From an uncultured Chloroflexia bacterium (GTDB taxonomy: Bacteria; Chloroflexota; Limnocylindria; Limnocylindrales; CSP1-4), in assembly GCA_963781705.1 (NCBI GenBank), contig CAWAGP010000001.1:135406-199405 (forward strand): DNA of 64,000 nt. The letters run 5' to 3'. A program made the position numbers and the translations under genes. The notes under the pieces are model-generated. The model made no database searches, was not told where the DNA came from, and saw nothing but the letters and a program-made list of their open reading frames with translations. Below, in pieces: positions 62,560 through 64,000 of the stretch. Position 1 is the first letter of the stretch, and every line of letters starts with the position of its first letter.

Positions 62560-64000
62560 ATGCGCTACGCACTTCTTATCTACGTCGAGCCGTGGGAGCC
62601 GACACCGGAACAGGACGCCGAGATGAGGGCGGGCTACAACACCTTCGGCACGGAGGCGATGAACGCCGACGTGATGCGCGGCGGCGAGGCGCTCCAGGAC
62701 GCCAACACCGCGACGACCGTGCGCGTGCGCAACGGCCAGGCGCTCGTCACCGACGGACCGTTTGCCGAGACCAAGGAGGAGTTCGGCGGCTTCTACCTGA
62801 TCGAGGCCGCCAACCTCGACGAGGCGATCAAGTGGGCTGCCAAGATCCCCGGCGCAACCCGCGGCTCGGTCGAGATCCGGCCGATCTGGGAGTTCGCCAT
62901 GAGCGCCGATGCCGCCGCCGGCAGAGACGCCCGGCCTCGCCCGGCGTCGGCTGACACGTCACTGGACCTTCGCAATCGGGGTGTCGGGCGCGACGGCCCA
63001 GTCGCGTTCGACGCCGTCGATCGGGTCTTCCGTGAGGAGTCGGGTCGCGTCGTCGCCGGCCTGATCAGGTCAATCGGCGACTTCGACCTGGCCGAGGAGG
63101 CCGTCCAGGACGCCTTCGTCAGCGCGCTCGAGCACTGGCCGGCCGACGGCCTGCCGCCCAATCCCGGAGGCTGGATAGCCACGACCGCGCGACGCAAGGC
63201 AATCGATCGGCTGCGCCGGTCGCAGCGGCTGGCCCACCACCTCGACGCCCTGGCGCGGCTGATGGCCGCAGACGCGGAGGCCAGGTCAGCGCCAGACGAA
63301 CAGCCCGACCCAGCGCTCGTCGACGATGACCGACTGCGCCTGATCTTCACCTGCTGTCACCCGGCGCTGGCACCCGACGCCCAGATCGCGCTGACGCTGC
63401 GGCTGCTCGGCGGCCTGCGCACGCCCGAGATCGCGCGTGCCTTCCTGGTGGCCGAGCCGACGCTGGCACAGCGCCTCGTGCGCGCCAAGCGCAAGATCCG
63501 CGAGGCGGGCATTCCCTATCGCGTGCCGCCGCCCGAGTTGCTCGGCGAGCGCCTCGCCTCCGTGCTGCGGGTCATCTACCTGATCTTCAACGAGGGCTAC
63601 TCAGCGACGGCCGGCGCTGCGCTGGTCAGGCGGGAGTTGGCCTCGGAAGCCATCCGCCTTGCCCGGGTCCTGGCAGAACTGATGCCCGACGAGCCGGAAG
63701 TGGCCGGGCTGCTCGCCCTGCTGCTGCTCCAGGACTCGCGCCGCGAGGCGCGCCAGGCTGACTCAGGCGAGCTGGTGAGGCTGTCGGAGCAGGACCGATC
63801 GCGCTGGGATCGCACCCGCATCGCCGACGGTCTCGCGGCACTGGACAGTGCCGCCGCGCTGGGTGGGCCGGGGCCGTACCAGCTGCAGGCGGCGATTGCC
63901 GCCGAGCATGCCCGTGCTGCCACTGCGGCCGACACGGACTGGCGGCGCATCGTCGCTCTCTACGACCAGCTGCTCGAGCAGATGCCGACGCCCGTCGTCG
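62560..64000 (+). CDS. YciI-like (DGPF) domain continuing in frame into an ECF sigma-70 family factor with a C-terminal extension (3' end outside window)
   Basis: ATG at 62560 with SD GGAGGA. YciI motifs are [19 protein letters not shown]...EIRPIW. There is no stop before the sigma regions ([15 protein letters not shown]..., region 4 [16 protein letters not shown]). The window ends inside the gene. Confidence 0.6.
   Translation, partial: MRYALLIYVEPWEPTPEQDAEMRAGYNTFGTEAMNADVMRGGEALQDANTATTVRVRNGQALVTDGPFAETKEEFGGFYLIEAANLDEAIKWAAKIPGATRGSVEIRPIWEFAMSADAAAGRDARPRPASADTSLDLRNRGVGRDGPVAFDAVDRVFREESGRVVAGLIRSIGDFDLAEEAVQDAFVSALEHWPADGLPPNPGGWIATTARRKAIDRLRRSQRLAHHLDALARLMAADAEARSAPDEQPDPALVDDDRLRLIFTCCHPALAPDAQIALTLRLLGGLRTPEIARAFLVAEPTLAQRLVRAKRKIREAGIPYRVPPPELLGERLASVLRVIYLIFNEGYSATAGAALVRRELASEAIRLARVLAELMPDEPEVAGLLALLLLQDSRREARQADSGELVRLSEQDRSRWDRTRIADGLAALDSAAALGGPGPYQLQAAIAAEHARAATAADTDWRRIVALYDQLLEQMPTPVV

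Overview
This is a high-GC (about 70%) chromosomal segment that looks actinobacterial. It is densely packed with genes on both strands and carries no obvious phage, IS or CRISPR content. Many predicted long ORFs are out-of-frame artefacts of the GC bias and were ignored.

Real content, in order along the window:
- the 3' part of a class A PBP;
- glgX;
- an 11-bp x6 tandem repeat in the glgX/ligD divergent promoter region;
- a three-domain LigD (PE-Lig-Pol) with no Ku gene in view;
- an MFS transporter and a methyltransferase;
- a tRNA-Gln(CUG) / glnS / PPOX-like / tRNA-Gln(CUG) cassette;
- a hydrolase, an NlpC/P60 peptidase, an MFS transporter, a QW-motif toroid-like protein and a GNAT;
- a GreA-domain protein with a long N-terminal extension;
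- a divergent arsR-arsM pair;
- a PAS/EAL sensor, a phosphoketolase and a Pat-like acyl-CoA synthetase/GNAT;
- dps plus an Fe(III) ABC transporter;
- an ABC-2 exporter with a NEW3-like surface protein;
- pepA and a DUF3090/SCO1664 pair;
- a GlgE-pathway block (treS-mak fusion, glgE, a 1089-aa GH13 protein);
- a PQQ-type sugar dehydrogenase, an M15 peptidase and a YedY-like Mo-oxidoreductase;
- a polar amino-acid ABC transporter, paaABCD with a TetR-type regulator, and a YciI-like domain fused in frame to an ECF sigma factor.

The most unusual region is 50.9-55.7 kb. It holds a tandem duplication of an ECF sigma / anti-sigma module. Each anti-sigma carries a large extracytoplasmic domain built from a previously unnamed repeat architecture, and copy 2 has an additional internal duplication. 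Both copies are interrupted by multiple frameshifts.

Further frameshifts occur in the SBP and TetR genes. At least nine apparent frameshifts fall in 50.9-62.4 kb, and none is evident in the first 50 kb. This points to either real gene decay or locally poor assembly.
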